DNA of 64,000 nucleotides from Candidatus Omnitrophota bacterium (GTDB lineage Bacteria; Omnitrophota; Gorgyraeia; 2-01-FULL-45-10), in contig JBAZUO010000007.1 of assembly GCA_041661345.1 (NCBI GenBank), positions 1 through 64,000 on the forward strand, given 5' to 3'. The translations under genes were made by a program, and so were the position numbers. This document shows, one piece after another, positions 10,777 through 18,160 of this stretch (position 1 is the stretch's first letter; each line of letters begins with the position of its first letter). Below the pieces are notes generated by a model. The model saw nothing but the letters and a program-made list of their open reading frames with translations. It was not told where the DNA came from and made no database searches.

Positions 10777-11355
10777 ATGAGATTATTTTTAAAGTCTACG
10801 CTTTTCTTTATTGCAGCGGTTTTTGTGTTGTCCGCGAATGCGAACGCTGAGGAAAACGCGGTCAAAAGCCCGGAGGAGCTGTGGTTTACCATAAAGAGCG
10901 CGTATATGAAAATTTACTGTGAAAATACGGTGGACTTGAAAACGATAGGGTACAAAATTTCCAACAGGGGGTTGTTTGTCAACAGAGTCTACGACCCTAA
11001 CCCCGTCGGTGCGCCTGCCGAGAAGATAGCCTATATGCTGGATAGGCTGCTGAAAAGGACAAAAGATATATTGGGTATGTGGCCCGAGAATTTCAATCTC
11101 GAGATCAAAATATTTAAAGACAGGGATCAATTGAACGGAGAATACTCCAGGATATTTGGTACGAAGCCCGACTATAAAGCATTTTACATATACAAATATA
11201 ACACCATCTACACATCCGAAGAGGACATATCTGGCTCTATTGTAGCCCATGAGATGGGCCATGCGGTAGTAGATCATTATTTCTCGGCAATTCCTCCGGC
11301 GCAGGTTAGGGAGGTTCTGGCTCAGTATGTTGATTTGCATCTGGAGGGCGAATAA
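10777..11355 (+). CDS. Secreted HExxH protein (putative MA-clan metallopeptidase-like)
   Basis: 192 aa with a signal peptide (FVLSANANA/EE) and the motif VAHEMGHAVVDH. The 183-aa antisense ORF lacks any such features. Confidence 0.5.
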   Translation: MRLFLKSTLFFIAAVFVLSANANAEENAVKSPEELWFTIKSAYMKIYCENTVDLKTIGYKISNRGLFVNRVYDPNPVGAPAEKIAYMLDRLLKRTKDILGMWPENFNLEIKIFKDRDQLNGEYSRIFGTKPDYKAFYIYKYNTIYTSEEDISGSIVAHEMGHAVVDHYFSAIPPAQVREVLAQYVDLHLEGE

Positions 11356-11398
11356 TTAAATATGTTTGTTAAGTGATAAAAAAGTTTGTTTTATGTGA

Positions 11399-11427
11399 TT
11401 GACGTTATGCGGTTTTCATGGTACACT
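11399..11427 (+). promoter_or_regulatory. Sigma-70-like promoter (TTGACG-17-TACACT)
   Basis: TTGACG lies at 11399-11404 and TACACT at 11422-11427 with a 17-nt spacer. It sits upstream of the GGAGGA RBS and the ATG at 11454. Confidence 0.45.
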
Positions 11428-11453
11428 TGTCATATAATCTGGAGGATTTGATA

Positions 11454-11849
11454 ATGAGAAAAAGCTTAATAATTGCGATTGCGCTATTTGCTGTTACGGC
11501 GTTCCTTGTGGGGGGTGTTTTTGCAGAGGATTTAGGTTTTAAAATTACCTCTCTTAAAGGCAAGGTTCTTGTGAAAAAGGCCGGTTCCGAGGAGTGGATT
11601 GCCGCTCAGATAGGACAGATATTGAACAAGAACGATGCGGTGAAAACACTTGAAGACGGAATGGCATATATCGAATTTTCGCCAAACACGGGTTTCACGT
11701 TAAAGCCGAATTCACTACTAGTACTTACAGATGATATCAATCCGCCGATTGCAGAACCATACACCGAAGCGGGGCGGGAGAGCAGGGAGACCATAGATAA
11801 TGTCATGGCACCGGCGGTAAATCAGGATAACCAGGCAAGCCAAACATAA
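11454..11849 (+). CDS. Secreted FecR-like domain protein
   Basis: The start is taken at ATG 11454 (RBS GGAGGA at 11441-11446) rather than 11418. It has a signal/TM segment, and LKGKVLVKKAGSEEWIAAQIGQILNKNDAVKTLEDGMAYIEF resembles a FecR-type beta domain. Confidence 0.45.
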   Translation: MRKSLIIAIALFAVTAFLVGGVFAEDLGFKITSLKGKVLVKKAGSEEWIAAQIGQILNKNDAVKTLEDGMAYIEFSPNTGFTLKPNSLLVLTDDINPPIAEPYTEAGRESRETIDNVMAPAVNQDNQASQT

Positions 11850-11873
11850 AGTTGCATTGATAGCAGGATATCG

Positions 11874-11906
11874 AGTAGGGGCTTTCTAAAAGGCCCCTAC
11901 TTTTTT
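11874..11906 (+). terminator. Rho-independent terminator
   Basis: The stem GTAGGGGC (11875-11882) pairs with GCCCCTAC (11893-11900) and is followed by TTTTTT (11901-11906). Confidence 0.75.
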
Positions 11907-11919
11907 CATGTTTAGCCTA

Positions 11920-11947
11920 TTGACAATAACCCGTCACATGATATAAT
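11920..11947 (+). promoter_or_regulatory. Sigma-70-like promoter (TTGACA-16-TATAAT)
   Basis: Consensus hexamers lie at 11920-11925 and 11942-11947, upstream of the OM-barrel/wza/wzc operon. Confidence 0.6.
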
Positions 11948-11973
11948 CCTATGTAATTATGGTACAGGAGATT

Positions 11974-13212
11974 ATGAAAAAAGCCAAAATACAGGTTGTC
12001 GCGGGGTTGGTGGCACTGACAGCGGTTTTATGCCTTTGGGGTACGGCGAATGCCGGGCTTGATAATCCGGACTTGCCGGATCGCGAAGGTATCAAGGTGA
12101 TCAATAACATAAAGATCCACGGTGCATTCAGGACGTCCGAAGAACTCGATACGAACATATACTTAAGTGACGCCAAGGCTAAGTTTGATGCGATCACCGT
12201 GCTTGTCCCGTCCGGTGGAATAGAGATACCTATGGGGGATAGTAAGATCAGCGCGGATTACGAAGCCGACATAAATCTATACGGCAAATATACTACTGAA
12301 AACCATATAAACCAGCGCGCGAGAGCTCTCGCCGAGATAAACCTTACGGATTACAAGATAACAGTAGATGAAGTGCTTAAGGACTACACCGATCGTGCTT
12401 CGGATGAAAATTCAAGGCGCATCGAAAGGTTTAATAATAACATGAGGGTGGGAGTGGAGGCCCAATTTAACAAGTTCGGCTTCGACGCAGGCTACACGAA
12501 TATATTCGATACATATGGCTCGAAAGATGATCTTATTTACCAGTCGATCACATATGGCGATAGAGACAGGGTTTACAATATAGTCGATGGTTCGATAAGC
12601 TACAGGTTTATGCCTAAGACATCCATCTTCCTTGAATCGGATCTTGGCTTCATTAACTATTACAACAGCTCTATCCCGCCCAATTCGTGGTATATTCAGA
12701 CCTTCGTTGGTCTAAAAGGCAGGCCCACCAATAAGATCCTTGCCAATATTAAAGGCGGTTTCAAATATCAGGGCTATTCCAGTTCAAATATATATAATGA
12801 TAAGCCTTTCGCCGGCCTTGTGGCATCAGGAGGAATCGATTATTCTGTGACGAACGATGACACTCTGGGTTTTGGCATAGAGAAGAATACGTACGAATCG
12901 ACGTACCAGAACATGAACTACTATGACGCCTGTATCGTAAGCCTTGATTATAAACACAGGTTTAATAAAAAACTGTTGTTTAAATCCTTCGGGTCTTACC
13001 AGATCAATCTCTATCCTGGTCAAACCGTAGAGGGCGGTCTTTACGACAAGAGATATGATAATTTTTACTCAGGGGGTTTGAGCTTTAGGTATGATATCCA
13101 GAAGTGGGCATCTCTGGAGTTCAAATATGAATATAGCCAGAAGAGTTCCAGATTCCATATTTACGACTACGTGGACAATCGGATCATTTTTAGCGGCACC
13201 GGTGGTTTTTAA
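11974..13212 (+). CDS. Outer-membrane beta-barrel protein of the polysaccharide export operon
   Basis: The start is taken at ATG 11974 (RBS AGGAG). It has a signal peptide (LWGTANA), alternating Tyr/Gly-rich beta-strand pattern, and a C-terminus ...IFSGTGGF with the terminal Phe typical of OMPs. Confidence 0.6.
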   Translation: MKKAKIQVVAGLVALTAVLCLWGTANAGLDNPDLPDREGIKVINNIKIHGAFRTSEELDTNIYLSDAKAKFDAITVLVPSGGIEIPMGDSKISADYEADINLYGKYTTENHINQRARALAEINLTDYKITVDEVLKDYTDRASDENSRRIERFNNNMRVGVEAQFNKFGFDAGYTNIFDTYGSKDDLIYQSITYGDRDRVYNIVDGSISYRFMPKTSIFLESDLGFINYYNSSIPPNSWYIQTFVGLKGRPTNKILANIKGGFKYQGYSSSNIYNDKPFAGLVASGGIDYSVTNDDTLGFGIEKNTYESTYQNMNYYDACIVSLDYKHRFNKKLLFKSFGSYQINLYPGQTVEGGLYDKRYDNFYSGGLSFRYDIQKWASLEFKYEYSQKSSRFHIYDYVDNRIIFSGTGGF

Positions 13213-13213
13213 T

Positions 13214-14053
13214 ATGAAAATTGCTATTTCATTATTTGCGCTCGCGCTTATCACTGCTGTCCTGCCGTTGAGCGCGCATGCCGAAAAATCACAATACAAA
13301 CTGCAGCCTCTCGATGTCATAAGCATCACCGTTCATCAGCAGCCGGACCTGAGCACTAAAACCAGAGTTGCCGCCGATGGATCTATTTCATTTCCTCTCA
13401 TAGGCAAAATAGCCTCTGCCGGCCTGACGGTCCAGGAGCTGGAGCAGAAGATCAAGGGGCTTCTTGAGAAAGATTACCTCGTGAAAGCGGAGGTGCTTGT
13501 ATTTATCGAGGAATATCGCGCAAGGCAAGTCTCTGTGACGGGCGAAGTGAATAATGCCGGTAAGTTCAATATCCCAATCGAGAGAGAGATAACGCTACTT
13601 GAGGCTGTGGCAATGGCCGGAGGATTTACGAAGGACGCCGATATAAACAGGACCAAGGTACTCCGCGAGGAAAACGGCGAGAAGAAGGCGATAACCATAA
13701 GAGTTAAGGATATAACCGATAAAGACCAGAAGGACGAGAACATAGTGCTCCGGCCTGACGATATAATAGTGGTTCCCAAGAGGTTTTTCTTCTCCGTCAT
13801 GGGGGAAGTGAAAAGCCCCGGCAAGTTCGATATGCCGACGGAGCGAAGTGTGACGCTGTTGGAGTCTATCGCGATGGCTGGCGGTTTCACTAAAGACGCG
13901 GATCTCGGCAAAGTCAAAGTGATGCGGGTCGAGGACAATGAGAAGAAGACGATATTTATCAATATCAAGGATATAACCGAAAAAGACCAGAAGGATAAAG
14001 ATATACCTCTGGAAGCCGATGATATAGTGTTTGTTCCGGAGAGCTTTTTTTAG
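13214..14053 (+). CDS. Polysaccharide export protein (Wza/GumB-like, Poly_export + 2 SLBB domains)
   Basis: The start is taken at ATG 13214 (signal peptide MKIAISLFALALITAVLPLSAHA). The ORF-track start at 13091 overlaps the upstream gene. It carries a PES-type motif (LQPLDVISITV...DGSISFPLIG) and two SLBB-like repeats. Confidence 0.85.
   Translation: MKIAISLFALALITAVLPLSAHAEKSQYKLQPLDVISITVHQQPDLSTKTRVAADGSISFPLIGKIASAGLTVQELEQKIKGLLEKDYLVKAEVLVFIEEYRARQVSVTGEVNNAGKFNIPIEREITLLEAVAMAGGFTKDADINRTKVLREENGEKKAITIRVKDITDKDQKDENIVLRPDDIIVVPKRFFFSVMGEVKSPGKFDMPTERSVTLLESIAMAGGFTKDADLGKVKVMRVEDNEKKTIFINIKDITEKDQKDKDIPLEADDIVFVPESFF
13532..14053 (+). repeat. Tandem 261-bp (87-aa) intragenic duplication (two SLBB modules)
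   Basis: Copy 1 is 13532-13792 and copy 2 is 13793-14053. About 53 of 86 aa are identical by hand count, including LLE..AMAGGFTKDAD and KDIT.KDQKD. Confidence 0.8.
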
Positions 14054-14064
14054 GGGACCGCCGA

Positions 14065-15732
14065 ATGACAGATTTTACCGTAAATAATGAACTTCATATA
14101 AAAGATTATCTGAACATCCTATACCGTCGACGGGGTGTAATTGCGCTATTTTTTATCACGATAGTGCTGACCGTTGTTCTTGGTAGTTTCATGATGAAAC
14201 CCGTTTATCGTGCCAAGGTGGAGCTATTCATTGACCTGGAGAATCCTAACGTTTTGACGGCATCCGGAATAGTGGAGCTTCAATCTCAGAATTACTATTC
14301 ATACAAAGAATATTATCAGAGCCAGAAAGAGATATTGACGTCACTGCCCATAATGCAGAAAGTTTTTGACGAGTCCGGCCTGGCGAATAGTAAGGAGTAT
14401 GCGAGAGCGAAGGAACCGATTAAAAAATTTTTGAAGACCATAAAAGTTGAACCTGTCCGCGATACCAGGCTCCTGGAATTATATGTTGATAATAAAGACC
14501 CCGAACTTGCCGCTAAAATAGCAAACCGTATAGCCGAGATATATGTAAAACGCAACTTATACTATGTAAGCAAAACAGAGCTGTTAAATCTCCTTAAAAA
14601 CGAATATCTGAAATTGGATTCGAAATTATCGGAATACAGCAAGATATATAAAGAAGGCCACCCCGAGATGATGAGGCTCAAAAAAGAGATCGAGGAACTC
14701 GTCAATAAAATAGAGGCTGAAAAGAAGCTGGCTGTCCAGGATGATTACCTTAAGCAGGAAGAGCTGCTTGATTATAAGTACACCCTGGAAGGGCTTAAAG
14801 CTAATAACGTAAGCATTCTTGCTGCTGCGGAGATTCCGAAAGCGCCCGTAATGCCGAAAAAGCTTTTGAACCTTGTTTTATCCATAGTCATAGGGTTATT
14901 TGGCGGCATCGGATTCGCGTTTTTCTACGAATACATGGACGACACGATCAAGGAAGCGGCCGACCTTAGCAGCATAACTAATTTGTCTTTTCTCGGGAGT
15001 ATACCGAAAATTAATTCAGGGCGGGGTATGTCCGAATTCGAAAAGGACATATTTGTTCACGTCAAACCGAAAGACCCGATAGCGGAAGCCTACAGATCGA
15101 TAAGGACAAGTATCCTATTTTCCTCCGGCGCGGAAAATCCGATCAGGAGTGTTATATTCACAAGTCCAGCTCCACAGGAAGGCAAAACCACCACTTTGTG
15201 CAATATCGGCATAGCCATGGCCCAGAATCAGAAGAAGGTGCTTCTGGTCGACGCGGATATGCGTAATCCCCGGCTTAACGAGGTTTTTAAGAAGGATAAC
15301 AAGGAGGGTTTAAGCACATTTCTATCCAGGCCGCGCGTGAGCTTATCGAGCCTGATACAGAAGACCAATATAGAGAATCTTTCGTTGATCACGAGCGGCA
15401 TTAACCCACCGAATCCATCGGAGTTACTGGCAAGCCCGAAGCTCATTGATCTGATTGATCAGGCTAAAAAGGAATTTGACTTTATACTTTTTGATACTCC
15501 GCCGATAGCGATACTTACCGATGCCGCTATACTCTCAGGATACGCGGACGGCGTTGTTCTGGTTGTTGAAAGCGGCAAGACTCCCAAAAAGATTCTTAAT
15601 AGGATCTCAAAAATTTTGAGCGAAGCCAAAGCCAGGGTAATAGGCATAGTGCTGAACAAGCTGGTAGCCAGTAGCAGTGATTACTACTATTACTCCTATT
15701 ATTACTCCAGATCGTCTAAAAAGGCAAAATAA
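14065..15732 (+). CDS. Polysaccharide co-polymerase / tyrosine autokinase (Wzc-like)
   Basis: 555 aa with a Wzz-like N-domain carrying two TM helices. The kinase motifs are Walker A SPAPQEGKTT, A' VLLVDADMRNP and B FILFDTPP. The C-terminal Tyr cluster is SSSDYYYYSYYYS. Confidence 0.9.
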   Translation: MTDFTVNNELHIKDYLNILYRRRGVIALFFITIVLTVVLGSFMMKPVYRAKVELFIDLENPNVLTASGIVELQSQNYYSYKEYYQSQKEILTSLPIMQKVFDESGLANSKEYARAKEPIKKFLKTIKVEPVRDTRLLELYVDNKDPELAAKIANRIAEIYVKRNLYYVSKTELLNLLKNEYLKLDSKLSEYSKIYKEGHPEMMRLKKEIEELVNKIEAEKKLAVQDDYLKQEELLDYKYTLEGLKANNVSILAAAEIPKAPVMPKKLLNLVLSIVIGLFGGIGFAFFYEYMDDTIKEAADLSSITNLSFLGSIPKINSGRGMSEFEKDIFVHVKPKDPIAEAYRSIRTSILFSSGAENPIRSVIFTSPAPQEGKTTTLCNIGIAMAQNQKKVLLVDADMRNPRLNEVFKKDNKEGLSTFLSRPRVSLSSLIQKTNIENLSLITSGINPPNPSELLASPKLIDLIDQAKKEFDFILFDTPPIAILTDAAILSGYADGVVLVVESGKTPKKILNRISKILSEAKARVIGIVLNKLVASSSDYYYYSYYYSRSSKKAK

Positions 15733-15738
15733 ATTTCA

Positions 15739-15812
15739 GGGGCTGTGGTGAAGAGGGATCACATCACAATGGCATTGTGAGGTCACGAGTTCGATTCTCG
15801 TCAGCTCCACCA
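15739..15812 (+). tRNA. tRNA-Ala (anticodon GGC), CCA encoded
   Basis: Hand-folded cloverleaf. The acceptor GGGGCUG/CAGCUCC has G3:U70, the D arm is GUGA-AGAGGGA-UCAC, the anticodon arm is UCACA-AUGGCAU-UGUGA, the T arm is ACGAG-UUCGAUU-CUCGU, and the 3' end is ACCA. Confidence 0.9.
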
Positions 15813-15816
15813 ATGT

Positions 15817-15975
15817 AAATTTGCCTTCGCCAAAAACTATCGTCTTGGTTTTTGGCTCCGGCCGCCGCAAGTAAAGCGACGGCGGGCTAATCGCCCAAAT
15901 TTTTTAAGGAGAAATAAAAGTTTCTATTTAATGTGTTTTTTCCCTTTAAAATATCCCTTCCTCTTAGAAAGTGTT
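15817..15975 (+). repeat. tRNA-trailer structured repeat, copy R1
   Basis: R1 is homologous to 18161-18313 (about 75% identity by eye over the first ~95 nt). It contains the hairpin GCCAAAAAC (15829-15837) / GTTTTTGGC (15848-15856), the GC hairpin CCGCCG/CGGCGG (15862-15885), and an AT-rich hairpin followed by TGTGTTTTTT. It ends at the ATG at 15976. Confidence 0.7.
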
Positions 15976-17913
15976 ATGATAACCAGGATCTTTAATCAAA
16001 AGTATAAGTTATCAGTCATAAGTACGTTGCTCTTGCTGGGCGTACTAATCTACTCGACCACCTTTTACAATCCCTTCCATTTTGACGACTATCCTACAAT
16101 TGTAAATAATGCCGCCATAAGACATATCTTGAATTTACAGATTATATGGAATTCATGGCCCACCCGTTTTATAATTTTTGTATCATTGGCTTTCAATTAC
16201 TATTTGAGCGGATTAAATGTATTCAGTTATCACCTCTTTAACTTTTTAACCCATCTATGCGCTGCCGTCATGGTTTGGTGGTTTATATTTCTTACATTTT
16301 CCACACCTGCAATGTTCGGGAAAAAGATTACCAAACACGCTAATCTTATCGCTTTTTTCGGGGGGTTGGTGTTTATGGTGCACCCCGTGCAAACTCAAGC
16401 GGTAACTTATATTTCTCAGCGGGCAGCTTCTCTGGCAACCTTGTTTTATCTGGTTTGTTTAAGCCTGTATGTTAAATCAAGACTCTTGCAGCAACAAGGT
16501 GAAGCTCCGGCGGCTTCAAGTATATTCTATTACTGGTCACTGATGATCTCAGTCATGGCCATGTTTACCAAAGAGATTGCCATGACCTTGCCGTTGATGG
16601 TATTATTGTATGAGTATTGTTTTCTGAGAACAAAAGAAAAGTTTAATTGGAAATATCCAGCTCCTTTCCTTGCCACTATATTGATCATCCCGCTCACGAT
16701 GTTCCTAACTAAATTTGTAGATTTCGCGGGAATGCGGAATGCCCTGGAACCCCTTCCCGATGTTTCTCCCTGGCAGTATCTTCTTACCCAGTTCAGGGTC
16801 GTAGTTACATACATTAGGCTGCTTTTTATACCAATAAACCAGAATTTAGATTATGATTATCCCATTGCGAAACACCTGCTGGATTTGCCTACTTTGGCAA
16901 GCCTTATTCTTTTAGTTTTAATCTTAATTATTGCGATCAGGGCATTCTCTAAATATAGATTGATCTCATTTGGTATTTTCTGGTTTTTCTTAACGCTTTT
17001 ACCCGAGTCTAGCATTATCCCGATTAGAGATGTGATTTTTGAGCATAGGCTTTATTTACCGATGGTTGGGTTCAGCTTCTTCCTGGTAAGTGTCATATAT
17101 TACATTTTTGAAAATAGATCTTTTAAATTAATGGTCATGGCGTTAATTATTATAACTTCTTGTTATACGGTTCTCGCCTACGAAAGAAACCTTATCTGGA
17201 AGGATGATCTTACCTTATGGAATGATACGATGCATAAATCACCCAATAAAGTAAGACCCATCGGTAATCGCGGGCTTGCATATTTTCAGCAAGGTAATTT
17301 CACTCAAGCTATTTCCGACTTTACCAAGGCAATTGAAATAGATCCTAACTATGCAAAAACCTATAATAATCGCGGAGCTGTCTACGGCCGGCAGGGCAAA
17401 TTACCACAAGCCATTTCCGATTATACCAAGGCAATTGAAATAGATCCTAACTATGCAGATGCTTATAATAATCGTGGGGCTATCTACAGTCAACAAGGCA
17501 GCTTACCTCAAGCCATTTCCGATTATACCAAGGCAATTGAGATAGATCCTGACTATGCAGACGCCTATAATAATCGCGGGAATGCTTACTGTGACAAAGG
17601 CAGCCTACCCCAAGCTATTTTAGACTTTACCAAAGCTATTGAGATAGATCCTGACTATGCAGACGCCTATAATAATCGCGGGGCTATATACGGTCAACAA
17701 GGTAATTTACCTCAAGCCATCGCAGACTTTACTAAGGCCATCGGGGTAGATCCTGGTTATGCGGCAGCCTATAATAATCGTAGTTTTAGCTATTATACGG
17801 CAAAGGAATATGACAAGGCCTGGGCAGATCTGCATAAAGCAGGAGAATTGGGATACTCTGTCGATCTTAAGTTTCTTGATGCACTTAAGAAAGCATCTGG
17901 AAGAGAAAAGTAG
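15976..17913 (+). CDS. GT-C-like polytopic membrane protein fused to TPR repeats (TMTC/PMT-like architecture)
   Basis: The start is taken at ATG 15976 (MITRIF...), because the 15931 start lies inside the repeat. It has about 11 TM helices with FHFDDYPTIVNN in the first loop, followed by 7 or more TPR units with the consensus QAISDYTKAIEIDPNYADAYNNRG. Confidence 0.7.
   Translation: MITRIFNQKYKLSVISTLLLLGVLIYSTTFYNPFHFDDYPTIVNNAAIRHILNLQIIWNSWPTRFIIFVSLAFNYYLSGLNVFSYHLFNFLTHLCAAVMVWWFIFLTFSTPAMFGKKITKHANLIAFFGGLVFMVHPVQTQAVTYISQRAASLATLFYLVCLSLYVKSRLLQQQGEAPAASSIFYYWSLMISVMAMFTKEIAMTLPLMVLLYEYCFLRTKEKFNWKYPAPFLATILIIPLTMFLTKFVDFAGMRNALEPLPDVSPWQYLLTQFRVVVTYIRLLFIPINQNLDYDYPIAKHLLDLPTLASLILLVLILIIAIRAFSKYRLISFGIFWFFLTLLPESSIIPIRDVIFEHRLYLPMVGFSFFLVSVIYYIFENRSFKLMVMALIIITSCYTVLAYERNLIWKDDLTLWNDTMHKSPNKVRPIGNRGLAYFQQGNFTQAISDFTKAIEIDPNYAKTYNNRGAVYGRQGKLPQAISDYTKAIEIDPNYADAYNNRGAIYSQQGSLPQAISDYTKAIEIDPDYADAYNNRGNAYCDKGSLPQAILDFTKAIEIDPDYADAYNNRGAIYGQQGNLPQAIADFTKAIGVDPGYAAAYNNRSFSYYTAKEYDKAWADLHKAGELGYSVDLKFLDALKKASGREK
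17305..17814 (+). repeat. Five tandem 102-bp repeats (34-aa TPR units) with high nucleotide identity
   Basis: Unit starts (caagcYatttc...) fall at 17305, 17407, 17509, 17611 and 17713. Long stretches are identical at the DNA level (e.g. accaaggcaattga[a/g]atagatcct[a/g]actatgcaga). Confidence 0.85.
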
Positions 17914-18005
17914 ATGTGCGAGTCCTTATTGTATCTATATGTTAATAAAAGAGTTGTGTCAATTATCATCTCCCTGAAATTTGTTCCTTTCGATTTAGAA
18001 AAATC

Positions 18006-18034
18006 TTGCTACTTCTAACCAATAATTATATAAT
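18006..18034 (+). promoter_or_regulatory. Sigma-70-like promoter for tRNA-Leu (TTGCTA-17-TATAAT)
   Basis: TTGCTA lies at 18006-18011 and TATAAT at 18029-18034, about 37 nt upstream of the tRNA 5' end. Confidence 0.5.
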
Positions 18035-18071
18035 AACGCTACTGAATTAGAGAGAGAAGATTTATTGTAGT

Positions 18072-18158
18072 GCCGAGGTGGCGGAACTGGCATACGCGTC
18101 GGTCTCAAAAACCGATTTCCTCACGGATATGAGGGTTCAACTCCCTCCCTCGGCACCA
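18072..18158 (+). tRNA. tRNA-Leu (anticodon CAA), type II, CCA encoded
   Basis: The acceptor is GCCGAGG/CCUCGGC and the anticodon arm is UCGGU-CUCAAAA-ACCGA. It has a long variable arm (UUUCCUCACGGAUAUGAG), a T arm GAGGG-UUCAACU-CCCUC, and ACCA at the 3' end. Confidence 0.9.
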
Positions 18159-18160
18159 TA

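Noticed and set aside
13091-13213. N-terminal extensions offered by the ORF track: the Wza-like gene from 13091, the BamD-like gene from 24932, the GT-C/TPR gene from 15931, uvrC from 30124, the FecR-like gene from 11418 and the OM barrel from 11959.
   Set aside because: The internal ATGs are preceded by good RBSs and immediately encode signal peptides or conserved N-termini. The extensions overlap upstream genes, promoters or the R1 repeat.
15739-15812. The GGGGCUG...UCCACCA termini with G3:U70 initially suggested a tmRNA (ssrA).
   Set aside because: The element is only 74 nt and folds into a complete cloverleaf with anticodon GGC. G3:U70 is the tRNA-Ala identity pair. There is no tag-peptide ORF or pseudoknot region.
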